This document shows positions 53,051 to 63,320 of a DNA stretch of 64,000 bases, piece by piece. The position numbers and the translations under genes were made by a program. This stretch comes from an uncultured Acidobacteriota bacterium (GTDB lineage: Bacteria > Acidobacteriota > Thermoanaerobaculia > Gp7-AA8 > CAVUJZ01): assembly GCA_963741905.1 (NCBI GenBank), contig CAVUJZ010000012.1:80758-144757 (forward strand), in the 5' to 3' direction. The first letter of the stretch is position 1, and every line of letters begins with the position of its first letter. The notes under the pieces were generated by a model. The model was not told the origin of the DNA. It did not search any database and saw nothing but the letters and a program-made list of their open reading frames with translations.

Positions 53051-54390
53051 TTGGGGATTGGATGACTGTCGTCACTGAACGAGACTCGAAACTCGACCAT
53101 TTTCTGGATCTGCGATCACCCCTGGCCGACGTGCCGGAATGGGTGAACCGGATGCGGGAAGAGGGACGCGAACAGTTCGCCGCTCTCGGCTTCCCCACCA
53201 CGCGCCAGGAAGCGTGGAAGTACACCAGCGTCAATCCGATTGCCGCCACCCGCTTCCATCCCGCCGCAAACACGGCCGACAGGCTCGGCGCCGCCGTCGC
53301 GGCCCCTCATCGCCTGCCGGATGCGGCCATGGAGCTGGTCTTCGTCAACGGGCACTTCAGCAAACCGCTCTCGACGGTCGGCGAGCTTCCGTCCGGAGCT
53401 CTGGTCGGCAGCCTGGCCGGCTCCTTCGGAGAGGCGGACGTTGAACGACACCTCGGGTCGCTCGGAAACGCCGCCGAGGAGCCGTTCGTCGCTCTGAACA
53501 ACAGCCTGGTGACCGACGGTGCGGTGATCCGCATCCCGGACGGCGTCGCCATCGAGGGAGCGATCCACCTGCTTTTCATCTCCGTTCCCGAAGAGGAGCC
53601 GGTTCTGAACACACACCGGATCCTGGTCATCGCCGGCCGCAACAGTCAGGCGTCGATCGTGGAGAGCTGGGTTGGCGCGGCCGACGGAACGGTCTTCAAC
53701 AACGTGGTGACCGAGATCATCGCCGCGGACAACGCCGTGATCGATCACACCAAGCTGCAGATGGAGACTCCGGGCGTCTTCCATCTGGCGAGTATCGATC
53801 AGCGCCAGGGACGTTCGTCGTCCTACACGCATCATTCGATCTCGGTCGGTGCCGGGCTCGCCCGCAACGACATCCGGGCGGTGCTCGATGGCGAGGGTGG
53901 CGATTGCGTTCTGAACGGTCTCTATCTGCTCGATGGCGATCAGCATCTGGACAACGAGACGGTGATCGATCACGCGAAACCTCACTGCACCAGCCGGGAG
54001 CTCTACAAGGGAATTCTGGACGGTCGCTCTCACGGGATCTTCCAGGGACGGATCATCGTCCGACCCGACGCGCAGAAGACCAACGCGCGGCAGACGAACA
54101 ACAATCTGATCCTCTCCGCGAACGCGATCGCGAACACCACACCGCAGTTGGAGATCTACGCCGACGATGTGAAGTGCAATCACGGGTCGACCATCGGCCG
54201 GCTCGACGATTCAGCGATGTTCTACCTGCGCTCGCGGGGCATTCCACTGGAAGAGGCGCGGGAGATTCTGACCTACGGATTCGCCAGCGAGATCGTTGCC
54301 CATATCGGGGTCAAAGCAGTCCGGGAACGGCTTCAGGACATGTTGCTGTCCCGCCTGCCTTCGCCGGTCGGCCGGGAGGAGCGGGCATGA
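53047..54390 (+). CDS. sufD: Fe-S cluster assembly protein SufD
   Basis: GTGA overlap with the sufC stop (alternative ATG at 53062). C-terminal beta-helix motifs HTKLQ, QTNNNLILS, PQLEIYADDVKCNHGSTIG. Confidence 0.85.
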
Positions 54391-55631
54391 CCAGCGCGGT
54401 GAGTCCATCGGTCGCACTCGATCCGGCGGTGGTTCGCGAGGATTTCCCCATTCTCCGCGAGATCGTCCGCGGGCATCCCCTCGTCTATCTCGACAACGCC
54501 GCGACCACCCAGAAGCCGCAGGCGGTGATCGACGCGATCAGTCACTTCTACACGACCAGCAACTCGAACGTTCATCGCGGGGTTCACCTGCTGAGCCAGC
54601 GGGCCACCGATGCCTACGAGGGGGCGCGAGAGAAGGTTCGCCGCATTCTCAACGCGGGCGAGGATCGCGAGATCATCTTCGTCCGGGGGGCGACCGAGGG
54701 CATCAACCTGGTGGCCAACACCTTCGCGCGCTCCCGGGTCAGCGAAGGCGACGAGATTCTGATCAGCGCCATCGAACATCACTCCAACATCGTCCCCTGG
54801 CAGATGCTCGCCGGAGAGACCGGCGCGCACCTTCGGGTGATTCCCGTCTCCGACCAGGGCGAGCTGAAGCTCGACGAATACCGGAAGCTGCTGACCGAGC
54901 GGACGAAGCTGGTTTCCATCGTCCACGTCTCCAACTCCCTCGGCACGATCAATCCGGTGCGGGACATGATCCGCATGGCCCATGAGCGGGGGATTCCGGT
55001 GATGGTGGACGGCGCGCAGGCGATGCCTCACCTGGCGGTGGACGTCCGGGAGCTCGACTGCGACTTCTACGTCTTTTCCGGCCACAAGATGTTCGGGCCG
55101 ACCGGCATTGGGGCGGTCTACGGGAAGGCGGAGCATCTCGAGGCGATGCCTCCCTGGCAGGGGGGCGGAGACATGATCGCCTCGGTGACCTTCGAGAAGA
55201 CCGTCTACAACGAGATTCCATTCAAGTTCGAGGCAGGCACGCCGAACATCGCCGACGCGGTCGGCCTCGGCGCCGCGATCGATTATCTGCTCGGTGTCGG
55301 GCTGGATCGGATCGAGGCACACGAGCACGACCTGCTCGGATACGCGACCGAGACTCTCCGCGGGATCCCCGGGCTTCGAATCATCGGAGAGGCCGAGCGG
55401 AAGTCCGCGGTCATCTCCTTCGTGCTCGAGGGAATCCATCCGCACGACATCGGAACCATCGTGGATCAGGAAGGTGTGGCCATCCGCACCGGACATCACT
55501 GCACTCAGCCGGTGATGCAGAGATTCGGAGTGCCGGCGACGGCGCGCGCTTCCTTCGCGCTCTACAACACGCGAGAGGAAGTCGACGCCCTGGCCGCGGC
55601 GCTGCAGAAAGTGAAAGAGCTCTTCGGATAA
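54387..55631 (+). CDS. sufS: Cysteine desulfurase SufS (PLP-dependent, group II)
   Basis: ATGA overlap. YLDNAATTQKP, SNVHRG, FSGHKMFGPTGIG (PLP Lys), RTGHHCTQP (catalytic Cys). Confidence 0.9.
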   Translation: MTSAVSPSVALDPAVVREDFPILREIVRGHPLVYLDNAATTQKPQAVIDAISHFYTTSNSNVHRGVHLLSQRATDAYEGAREKVRRILNAGEDREIIFVRGATEGINLVANTFARSRVSEGDEILISAIEHHSNIVPWQMLAGETGAHLRVIPVSDQGELKLDEYRKLLTERTKLVSIVHVSNSLGTINPVRDMIRMAHERGIPVMVDGAQAMPHLAVDVRELDCDFYVFSGHKMFGPTGIGAVYGKAEHLEAMPPWQGGGDMIASVTFEKTVYNEIPFKFEAGTPNIADAVGLGAAIDYLLGVGLDRIEAHEHDLLGYATETLRGIPGLRIIGEAERKSAVISFVLEGIHPHDIGTIVDQEGVAIRTGHHCTQPVMQRFGVPATARASFALYNTREEVDALAAALQKVKELFG

Positions 55632-56083
55632 TGGACGAAATGCTTCGCGAGCTGTACCAGCAGACCATTCTGGATCACAACCGGAATCCTCAGAACTTCC
55701 GGCGTCCGGAACAGACCAACCGCTCCGCCGAGGGTTACAACCCGCTCTGCGGCGATCACTACACCATCTACCTGGTGGTGGAGGGCGACGTGGTGCAGGA
55801 AGTCGGCTTCGAGGGCTCCGGCTGCGCGATCTCCAAGGCCTCGGCCTCGGTGATGAGCTCGGTGGTGAAGGGGAGGAGCGCGGAAGAGATCGAGGCGCTG
55901 TTCCGCAAGTTCACCGCGATGGTCAAGGGCGATCTTTCCGCGGAGGAAACCTCGAACCTCGGGAAGCTTGCCGTGTTCGGCGGCGTTCGGGAGTTTCCGA
56001 CCCGGACCAAGTGCGCCACCCTTGCCTGGCATGCGGTGATCAACGCACTTCAGGGCACCCAGCAGACCGTCAGCACGGAATGA
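55631..56083 (+). CDS. sufU: SufU/IscU-like sulfur-acceptor scaffold
   Basis: NPLCGD, GSGCAISKASAS, CATLAWHA. Confidence 0.85.
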   Translation: MDEMLRELYQQTILDHNRNPQNFRRPEQTNRSAEGYNPLCGDHYTIYLVVEGDVVQEVGFEGSGCAISKASASVMSSVVKGRSAEEIEALFRKFTAMVKGDLSAEETSNLGKLAVFGGVREFPTRTKCATLAWHAVINALQGTQQTVSTE

Positions 56084-56102
56084 GAAGAGGGAAGGAATTG
56101 CG

Positions 56103-56654
56103 ATGAGAGAACAGGTGGAAGTCAGTCGGGACGCAACGGCGGTTCTGATCCCGAGCGGTGAGCCGGTGGTTCTTCCAAAGGGAACCCAGGCGACGATCAC
56201 GCAGTCCCTTGGAGGCTCCTACACGCTGATCACCGACCATGGAATGATGGTTCGCCTCTCCGGACAGGAAGTCGAGGCGATCGGCAAAGAGCCGCCCCAG
56301 CAGCAGCAGATCGAGGGAGAAGTCACACGCGAACAGCTCGAGCCGATGGTCTGGGATCAGCTCAAGACCTGTTTCGATCCGGAGATCCCGGTCAACATCG
56401 TCGATCTCGGTCTGGTCTATCTCTGCGACATCGAGCCGGCCGAACAGGAAGCGGGCACCTTCGACGTCAACATCAAGATGACGCTGACCGCGCCCGGTTG
56501 CGGGATGGGTCCGGTGCTCGCGAACGACGTGAAATCCCGGCTGGATCCGCTGCCGGGGGTGCGGGAAGCCCGGGTGGAGATCGTCTTCGATCCGATGTGG
56601 GACCGCAGCATGATGTCCGAGGCGGCGAAACTTCAGCTCGGCATGATGTGGTGA
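56103..56654 (+). CDS. sufT: SufT-like Fe-S assembly protein (DUF59/MIP18 domain)
   Basis: VWDQLKTCFDPEIPVNIVDLGLVY, TLTAPGCGMG. Sits at the end of the suf operon. Confidence 0.75.
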   Translation: MREQVEVSRDATAVLIPSGEPVVLPKGTQATITQSLGGSYTLITDHGMMVRLSGQEVEAIGKEPPQQQQIEGEVTREQLEPMVWDQLKTCFDPEIPVNIVDLGLVYLCDIEPAEQEAGTFDVNIKMTLTAPGCGMGPVLANDVKSRLDPLPGVREARVEIVFDPMWDRSMMSEAAKLQLGMMW

Positions 56655-56708
56655 CGCGGGCGACTCCTGCGGCCTGGAGGTGGCGCATTCGAGCCGCGAT
56701 CGCGCGGC

Positions 56709-57551
56709 TCATCCCAGATCGACGGCTTCCTCGAACTCCTGACGCATGAATGAATAGCATTCGCAGGCCGCCCGCTCGAGCCGGCGCCGGTCGAGAATGG
56801 TGATCCCTCCGCGGCGGGTCTGGACCAGGCCTTCGTCCCGCAACCGCTGGAGCGCTTCGTTTACCCCGGCCCGCCGCGCTCCGAGCATCCGGGAGAGAAA
56901 CTCCTGGGTCAACTGCGTCTCCCCGACCTCGATCCGCTCATCCATCTGCAGAAGCCATCGCGCCAGCCTCTGATAGACGGAGTGTCGGCGATTGCAGGCG
57001 GCGGCCTGAGAGATCTGAGTGATGAACGCATGGACGTATCGGAGGACGAGCTGCTGGAACATCTCCCCACGGGCGAACTCCTCGACGACCACTTCCGACG
57101 GAACCCGGGAACAGATTCCGGAGTGTTGCACGAGAGCCTGATTGGGCTGGTGTGAGACTCCCATCAACGCGTGAACACCGACCATTCCTTCGTTCCCCAC
57201 GACCCCCACCTCCACCGTGGCACCGTCTCCGAATTTCCAGAGGAGCGAGATGACTGCATCGTGGGGAAAGTAGACGTATTCGGAGGTACCGTTCGGCTCC
57301 ATCAATACGTCACTTCGAGTGACCTCGTGATGGGTCAGATGGCTCTCGATTCTCTCGCGCTCTCCGGCGGTCAGTGCCGCGAGAAGCTGGTTTTCACGAA
57401 CTCGGTGAGGCTGGTGTCTTCGTACGGCCAAATCTTCCTCCACGCCGGCGCCCTGAGTGGCTCTCAATTGTCGTACCAGGAAAAGTGCCAGCCGGAAACT
57501 GAACTCTGATGACACCAATTCTGCAACTTTTTCGTCGGAAATGGAAACCAT
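56709..57551 (-). CDS. Crp/Fnr-family transcriptional regulator
   Basis: cNMP-binding-like beta-roll. C-terminal HTH LTQEFLSRMLGARRAGVNEALQRLRDEGLV. The true start may be internal. Confidence 0.75.
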   Translation of the reverse strand: MVSISDEKVAELVSSEFSFRLALFLVRQLRATQGAGVEEDLAVRRHQPHRVRENQLLAALTAGERERIESHLTHHEVTRSDVLMEPNGTSEYVYFPHDAVISLLWKFGDGATVEVGVVGNEGMVGVHALMGVSHQPNQALVQHSGICSRVPSEVVVEEFARGEMFQQLVLRYVHAFITQISQAAACNRRHSVYQRLARWLLQMDERIEVGETQLTQEFLSRMLGARRAGVNEALQRLRDEGLVQTRRGGITILDRRRLERAACECYSFMRQEFEEAVDLG

Positions 57552-57707
57552 CCATCATCCCGGAGGTCGTTGGGCGGTGGCTTTGGACTGCGGGGCAGCG
57601 CACCGCTTTCCTTGAAGGTCCATCGGCGTCCTGAGCACGACCTTCAACGAAAGCGGCGCTTGTCGGGCTCGGCGAGGGTTGATCGGGTGTCGCTTCTGGC
57701 GGCTGCA

Positions 57708-57799
57708 GGGGACGGGTCAGGAGACCCGTCCCACACGGGGGGAGGTTGGTCGGGTCTCGTTTCTGCCCCCGTGTAGGACGGGTCTCCCGACCCGTCCCC
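57708..57799. repeat. Nested palindromic REP-like element
   Basis: Two 34-nt arms, GGGGACGGGTCAGGAGACCCGTCCCACACGGGGG and CCCCCGTGTAGGACGGGTCTCCCGACCCGTCCCC, are inverted copies. Each arm is itself a hairpin (GACGGGTC/GACCCGTC). Confidence 0.6.
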
Positions 57800-57965
57800 T
57801 GGGCTCCACGAAGCGAGGAGCTCGGGTCTCGCGAGGAAGGCGGAGCACATCATGAGGTTCGCTCTCCGAAAGAGCAGGGCGCTGCAATATCCAAATCGGC
57901 GTCACCCTGTGGGGTGGGGCGGCGCAGCACTCCAAAGGGAGCCGAAAAGAAGCCGGCCCGACCAC

Positions 57966-57997
57966 AAAAAAAGGGACGGCGATCGGATCGCCGTCCC
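57966..57997 (-). terminator. Rho-independent terminator
   Basis: Minus strand: GGGACGGCGATC/GATCGCCGTCCC stem followed by TTTTTTT, 25 nt downstream of 58022..58378. Confidence 0.7.
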
Positions 57998-58021
57998 TCG
58001 AGGATTCCCCTCACCGGAAAC

Positions 58022-58378
58022 TCAGCGGTGGTCCTTGAAGAATGTCCACTGGGCGAGCGGATGCCCCGCCTTCAGCTCTTCGGCCTGCATGTATCCGTCG
58101 ATCGCGGTGAAGACCGCGACCAGGCCGACGCCGAATCCGCAGGTGATCACTCCGAGAACGATGGCGGCGACGATCGCCGCGATCCCCTTCTGCCATTGGC
58201 CGAGAATGAAGTAGCCGACGCAGACGATGATCAGATTGAGGACCAGGATCAGAACCGGATCCTTCGGAGGAGTGGAAGGGTAGATCAGTTCCCCGCCACC
58301 GGAAGCCGGCGGAGGGGGAGGTGCGCCGCCAGGGGGCGGCGGAGTGGCGGAACCACCAGGTGCATTCGTATCCATCAC
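58022..58378 (-). CDS. Pro-rich N-terminus plus TM2-like two-helix membrane protein
   Basis: PPPPGGAPPPPP, then VGYFILGQWQKGIAAIVAAIVLG. Confidence 0.55.
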   Translation of the reverse strand: MMDTNAPGGSATPPPPGGAPPPPPASGGGELIYPSTPPKDPVLILVLNLIIVCVGYFILGQWQKGIAAIVAAIVLGVITCGFGVGLVAVFTAIDGYMQAEELKAGHPLAQWTFFKDHR

Positions 58379-58391
58379 AATCTTCTCCTCT

Positions 58392-58808
58392 CTACATCTT
58401 GTCCGCGAAGTCGCTGATGACCGGATAGCGCATCCGCTGTCCGTTGACGCCCTTCATGATGCCCATGATCATCAGGGCAAGATAGCCCAGCCAGAGAATG
58501 CAGCCGACGAACGAAAGGCCGCAGCTGATGGCGTCCGGCAGGAAATAGGTGATGACCCACCAGACGATGTAGATGACGACCCAGGCGGCGAACAGCATCA
58601 GACCGTTCTTCGCATGCCACTGCACTTCACGGTCGTCCTTCTTCACGATCAGGGGAATCAGCGAGAGCAGTCCGAGATACGACAGCACCACCATGAGGGT
58701 GCGATCGGAGCTCGACCCTCCACCCGGCGGTGGGGGCGGCGGCTGCTGGGCGGGCGGCGGTGGTGGTGGCGGAGCGCTGTTCGGTGGGTTCGGCGGCATG
58801 TCGGTCAT
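58392..58808 (-). CDS. Pro-rich N-terminus plus DUF4870-like membrane protein
   Basis: APPPPPPPAQQPPPPPP, then VLSYLGLLSLIPLIVKKDDREVQWHAKNGLMLF. Confidence 0.6.
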   Translation of the reverse strand: MTDMPPNPPNSAPPPPPPPAQQPPPPPPGGGSSSDRTLMVVLSYLGLLSLIPLIVKKDDREVQWHAKNGLMLFAAWVVIYIVWWVITYFLPDAISCGLSFVGCILWLGYLALMIMGIMKGVNGQRMRYPVISDFADKM

Positions 58809-58857
58809 GAATTCTCCCTCCTGTTATCCCTCGATTTTAACAAAGCGGTTATCTGCC

Positions 58858-60516
58858 TCAAGAGGCTTCGAGACGAAACCGGGCGATTTCCAGTGGAATC
58901 AGAGCCAGGGCGGCCGAAAGGACCAGCCCCAGAAGCATCGGCGTAGCATGGCCGATCCAGGCGGCGTCGTCGGCCATACCGAAGACAATCCTGACGAAGA
59001 AGCGCTGCATCGGACGGGCGATCAGAAACATGATCAACCCCACGTAGAGCATCGAGACCGCCATGTATCCGAGCCCTCCGAGCGAGAGGGCGACCTCGAC
59101 GGGATTCTCGGTATCGAACCGAGGCGCGATCGCTCCCATCCCCACCCCCGCGGTGACCAGGGTGCAGGTGATCAGCATGGTGCCCGGGAGGGTATAGGCC
59201 CAGATCACCGCGGGCGCGGCAAGGATGATGTTCGCGAGGATGGTGAGGGCCAGAGAGATCGCCAGCAGCGGCAGCAGGTAGACGATCACCTTGACCCAGA
59301 GGAGCCGGCGCATCGAGACCGGAGCGCTCTGCAGCATCCAGAACTGCCGTCCCTCCGCTGAGATGGAGGGGTAGGCGAACCGGAGGCAGATCGCCGAGAC
59401 GACGAACCCCGCCATCCCCAGGTTCAGATACGCCAGGATCGGCGCGCGATAGTCTCCCTCCAGCGGCATCATCCGGATGTTGTAGAGATAGAGAAAGAGC
59501 AGCGCAATCATCATGAAGAGCTGAGACCATTGCGTTGCATCCCGGCTCACCACCCGCACTTCCTTGGCCATCATCGCCCGGGTCTGCGGATGAATATTGC
59601 GGGTCATCCGATCGAGAACCCGGGTCATTCCTCCCGATCCGATCGCCGTCGGAGCGATGCTCTCCCGGGCGCGGACGAATGCGTGGTAGTAGGTCGTCCG
59701 TCCCACCAGGAGGAACAGCGCGAATGCGGCCACGCCAATGGCCGCGATGGGAGGATCGGGATAGGCGGGTGAGCCTTCGAGCGCACGGGAGGCCGTCGCC
59801 GCCGCGAGCATTCGACCGGGATCCCCGGCGAATGTCGGCAGGTCGACCGCCTGAAGGACCGCCTGGAGCTGATCCGTCCCGACTTCCGTGAAGAGACGTT
59901 CCGGACGCGCCATCCGGATCCCCACCACCACCAGGGTCAGCACCAGGATGGCGAGCGTGGCGGCGATCTGGTGAACGCGGCGAACCGGAAAGAACCGCAC
60001 CAGCAGAAGAACCGCCGTGCTCGAGAGACTGACCGGAATCGAGATCAGCACGAGGAGATCGATCGCGGAGATCAGCGCGAACCAGCCCGGCGCCTGGTAC
60101 TGGCGGGCAAGGGCGACGAACATCGGCAAGAGGAAGAACACCACCAGATAGGAGCTCTGGATCATCGTCTTGAGCCAGCGGCCGACGATCAGTCGGGTGC
60201 GGGAAACGGGAGCCGCGTGATAGATCTCCAGATCGAGATCGGTGAAGAACGCGCCGATCGCACTGGTCAGCGAGGAGAAGAACAGAACCAGAACGGCAAC
60301 GAAGAAGACCAGGCCGAGAAAGTTCTCGATCAGTCCCAGGGCGAAGAACGGATTGAGCGCCTCGATCCGGCCGGCGGCCGCGAAGACCCGTCGGAAGATT
60401 TCATGATCACCCCAGAGAAACAGGATGAACAGGAGTCCCACGAAGGTGATCTTGAACGCAAGCGCCGCCCCCACCGGCCGCAACCGGGCCAGCCACAGAC
60501 GAATCGGCCACAGCAT
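58858..60516 (-). CDS. Large polytopic membrane protein, ABC-2/exporter-permease-like; no ATPase partner adjacent
   Basis: About 12 or more hydrophobic helices. The ATG at 60516 is preceded by AGGAG. Functional assignment is weak. Confidence 0.5.
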   Translation of the reverse strand: MLWPIRLWLARLRPVGAALAFKITFVGLLFILFLWGDHEIFRRVFAAAGRIEALNPFFALGLIENFLGLVFFVAVLVLFFSSLTSAIGAFFTDLDLEIYHAAPVSRTRLIVGRWLKTMIQSSYLVVFFLLPMFVALARQYQAPGWFALISAIDLLVLISIPVSLSSTAVLLLVRFFPVRRVHQIAATLAILVLTLVVVGIRMARPERLFTEVGTDQLQAVLQAVDLPTFAGDPGRMLAAATASRALEGSPAYPDPPIAAIGVAAFALFLLVGRTTYYHAFVRARESIAPTAIGSGGMTRVLDRMTRNIHPQTRAMMAKEVRVVSRDATQWSQLFMMIALLFLYLYNIRMMPLEGDYRAPILAYLNLGMAGFVVSAICLRFAYPSISAEGRQFWMLQSAPVSMRRLLWVKVIVYLLPLLAISLALTILANIILAAPAVIWAYTLPGTMLITCTLVTAGVGMGAIAPRFDTENPVEVALSLGGLGYMAVSMLYVGLIMFLIARPMQRFFVRIVFGMADDAAWIGHATPMLLGLVLSAALALIPLEIARFRLEAS

Positions 60517-60609
60517 CCCGAGAGTGTACTCCTGGAGATGGGAAGGCAGAAGGAGCAATCCGTACCAATTTGACCAGACTCCCGAAACGGTACGATTTCT
60601 CACCCGCTG

Positions 60610-61125
60610 GTGTACTGTGAAACGACAATGAATTCTGATCGATCGACCGCCGGTCTGCAGTCACCCCGGATCGCTCTGCGCGGTGTCCACGAGAGCGATC
60701 TCCGTCAGTTTTTCGAGGATCAGTGTGAGCCCGAGGGAGCCGCCCTGGCGGCATTCACTCCGCGGGAAGAGGCGGAATTCTTCGCCCACTGGGCGAAGAT
60801 CCTTGCGAACCCCACCAGCCTGAACCGGACCATTCTCTGCGATGCCCGCATCGCGGGCAACATCGTGAGCTTCGAGCAGGATGGCCATCGGGAAGTGGGA
60901 TATTGGATCACCCGCGGGCTGTGGGGACGCGGCGTGGCCAGCGAAGCGCTTCGCCAGTTTCTTCTCGAAGAGACCAGGCGTCCTCTGCTGGCGTTCGTCG
61001 CGGAGCACAACCGGGGGTCGGTCCGCGTGCTCGAGAAGTGCGGCTTCCGGATCGTCGGGAAGCAGGAGCACTTCGCCCTCCGGGGAGATCAGTCCATCAC
61101 GGGAGTCATTCTCCGGCTCGAATGA
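60610..61125 (+). CDS. GNAT-family N-acetyltransferase (RimJ/RimL-like)
   Basis: GYWITRGLWGRGVASEALRQFL, NRGSVRVLEKCGFRIVG. Confidence 0.8.
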   Translation: MYCETTMNSDRSTAGLQSPRIALRGVHESDLRQFFEDQCEPEGAALAAFTPREEAEFFAHWAKILANPTSLNRTILCDARIAGNIVSFEQDGHREVGYWITRGLWGRGVASEALRQFLLEETRRPLLAFVAEHNRGSVRVLEKCGFRIVGKQEHFALRGDQSITGVILRLE

Positions 61126-61149
61126 TCGGGCGGAGCATCGTCCTCGGCT

Positions 61150-61623
61150 ATGATCGAAGGGATGACCACCCTTCAACTCGAGACCAGGATCGCGGCACCG
61201 GTCGAGCTCTGCTTCGATCTGGCCCGCGACGTCGGCGCGCACGCGGAGTCCGCCGCGTTCACCTCGGAACACCTGGTTCCGCCGGGCCGGATGTCCGGGC
61301 TGCTCGAGCTCGGTGACCTGGTGGCGTTCGAGGGGAGACACTTCGGCATCAGGCAGCGATTCGTCGCCCGGATCGTGGAGATGCAGCGGCCCTCCTTTTT
61401 CGTCGACGAGATGGTCCAGGGCACCTTCCGGAGCATGCGTCACACCCATCAGTTCGAGCCATCCGGGACCGGAACGCTGATGCGGGACACCCTCCTCTGG
61501 ACCGCGCCTCTCGGACCCCTCGGGCGGCTGGCGGACGCTCTGTTCCTGCGGCGTCACATGGAGTGGTTCGTCCGGACCAAGCAGGACCGGCTCCGGACGA
61601 TCGCCGAGGAGCGCGCGCGGTGA
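61150..61623 (+). CDS. SRPBCC (START/cyclase-dehydrase-like) family protein
   Basis: LETRIAAPVELCFDLARDV... Size and pattern are typical of the family. Confidence 0.7.
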   Translation: MIEGMTTLQLETRIAAPVELCFDLARDVGAHAESAAFTSEHLVPPGRMSGLLELGDLVAFEGRHFGIRQRFVARIVEMQRPSFFVDEMVQGTFRSMRHTHQFEPSGTGTLMRDTLLWTAPLGPLGRLADALFLRRHMEWFVRTKQDRLRTIAEERAR

Positions 61624-63269
61624 CCGCCACCCCGGATCGCTCCTCCCCCCGAAGATTCTCGTTCGGATGGTGGATTCCTCTGCTGATGTCCCTGACTCTG
61701 CTGGGCCTTGGCTTTGCTGCACTCGATCAGTACAACATCACCTGGGACGAGGGTGTCGGAGATCTCTTCTTCGGACAGCGCAACTTCCTCTACTTCACCA
61801 GCGGCAACCGGGAGTGGCTGCAGTTCGACCGGGACCTCGAGGTTCCCGCGCCGCTCCCCGACCTCGATGCAACACCGCTTCGCACCTCACCTCAGGAACA
61901 CTACCCGGTGGCGAGCACGCTCGCGACGGCAGTTTCGCTTCTTTCGACCCGCCTGGAGCTCACCGACCCGTTCGACGGCATTCATCTGTTCAACCTTCTC
62001 CTTGCCGCTCCGTTCCTCTTTTTCTTTTTCCGGCTGATCGAACGGGAGAGGGGACGTCTCACGGCGGTGGCCGCAACCCTTTTTCTGTTCACCTCGCCTC
62101 GAATCGTTTTCGCGATGATGGCGAATGTGAAGGATTTCCCGGAGATGATCCTTTTTGCCGCGAGTCTCGGGGTGTTCTGGATCTTCGATCGCAGGAGCTC
62201 GCCCGCAGGGGTGATGCTCGGAGGGGTGCTCTGGGGGCTGGCACTCGGCACCAAGGCGAATGCCTGGTTCGTCCCCCCGATCATTCTGCTCTACCTGATC
62301 GTGAGCATCGGATCGAACCGAAGGAGCGAGCTCTTGCGCCGCTGGCTTCCAGCGGGTGTGGCGGTTCTGCTCGGGCTCGCGGTGCTGGTGATGGCGTGGC
62401 CGTGGTTGCAGCAGGATCCGATCGCCCGGCTGCTCGAGAACCTTCGCTACAACGCGGCGCGGGCGGGGTCGGTCCGTCCGGATGTGTTTGCCCCGCCTCT
62501 CCGGATGCTGCTCTTCACCACCCCCTTGCCCTTTCTGGCCAGCGCGCTGGGTGGACTGGTGTTGTGTGTGGCCGGGCTGAGGCGGACGAAGTCTTTGGAA
62601 CTGCTTGCGCTGCTCTGGATCGCGGTGGTTGGAGTGCGGGTCTTTTTCACGGCGAATTTCGACGGTGTGCGGCACTTCCTGGAGATCTTTCCGCCTCTCG
62701 CGTTCCTGGGTGGCGTGGGCGTGAATGCCGGAGTCGAAGCTCTGCGCCGGTTTTCCCGGGCATGGATCGCCGGGACGGCGGCAACCGTTCTGCTCGTCCT
62801 CCAGATGGTTCCCATGCTTCTGACCCATCCCTTCGAAGCCGCCTACTGGAATTCTCTGGCAGGAGGCGCCCGGGGTGCCCGTGAACGAAACATCCCGCAG
62901 TCCGGCGACTACTGGGCGGCGAGCTACCGGCTCGGCATGCGGTGGCTGAACGAGAACGCGCCGGAACACTCTGCGCTGGTGGTGCCGATCTCAGAACATA
63001 AGGTACGCCTAGTCGCACCCGATCGACTGAGAGGGGATATCGACCTTCTGCACACCACCTCCGCCGCAAGCCCGCGGGTCCCTCGGGGAGTGATCCCGGC
63101 AATCGACCGGATCAGCCGCGAGCGGGCGGTGTTCGTGATGTTCGTCCCGCGACGGGAGTGGATGAACGCCCTGACCTATCGGGTGGCGAGGGCGAGCGAT
63201 CCTGTGGCCGTCTGGTCCCTCGAGGGTGAGCCGCTGCTCCTGATCTACCGCTGGCCTCAAGGAGAGTAG
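61620..63269 (+). CDS. Polytopic GT-C-type glycosyltransferase (ArnT/PMT-like)
   Basis: GTGA overlap with the upstream stop. Multiple TM helices with an early DE-containing loop (ITWDEGVGD) and a soluble C-terminal domain. Assignment is by architecture only. Confidence 0.5.
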   Translation: MTATPDRSSPRRFSFGWWIPLLMSLTLLGLGFAALDQYNITWDEGVGDLFFGQRNFLYFTSGNREWLQFDRDLEVPAPLPDLDATPLRTSPQEHYPVASTLATAVSLLSTRLELTDPFDGIHLFNLLLAAPFLFFFFRLIERERGRLTAVAATLFLFTSPRIVFAMMANVKDFPEMILFAASLGVFWIFDRRSSPAGVMLGGVLWGLALGTKANAWFVPPIILLYLIVSIGSNRRSELLRRWLPAGVAVLLGLAVLVMAWPWLQQDPIARLLENLRYNAARAGSVRPDVFAPPLRMLLFTTPLPFLASALGGLVLCVAGLRRTKSLELLALLWIAVVGVRVFFTANFDGVRHFLEIFPPLAFLGGVGVNAGVEALRRFSRAWIAGTAATVLLVLQMVPMLLTHPFEAAYWNSLAGGARGARERNIPQSGDYWAASYRLGMRWLNENAPEHSALVVPISEHKVRLVAPDRLRGDIDLLHTTSAASPRVPRGVIPAIDRISRERAVFVMFVPRREWMNALTYRVARASDPVAVWSLEGEPLLLIYRWPQGE

Positions 63270-63320
63270 CCGCGGGCGAAGGGGCCGGGAGGGGGAGTCC
63301 GGCAGACGATCACGGGGGGG

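Noticed and set aside
56655-56708. Bidirectional terminator between sufT and the Crp-family gene (GAGCCGCG-ATCG-CGCGGCTC)
   Set aside because: The palindrome is present but there is no U-run on either strand, so it is left unannotated.
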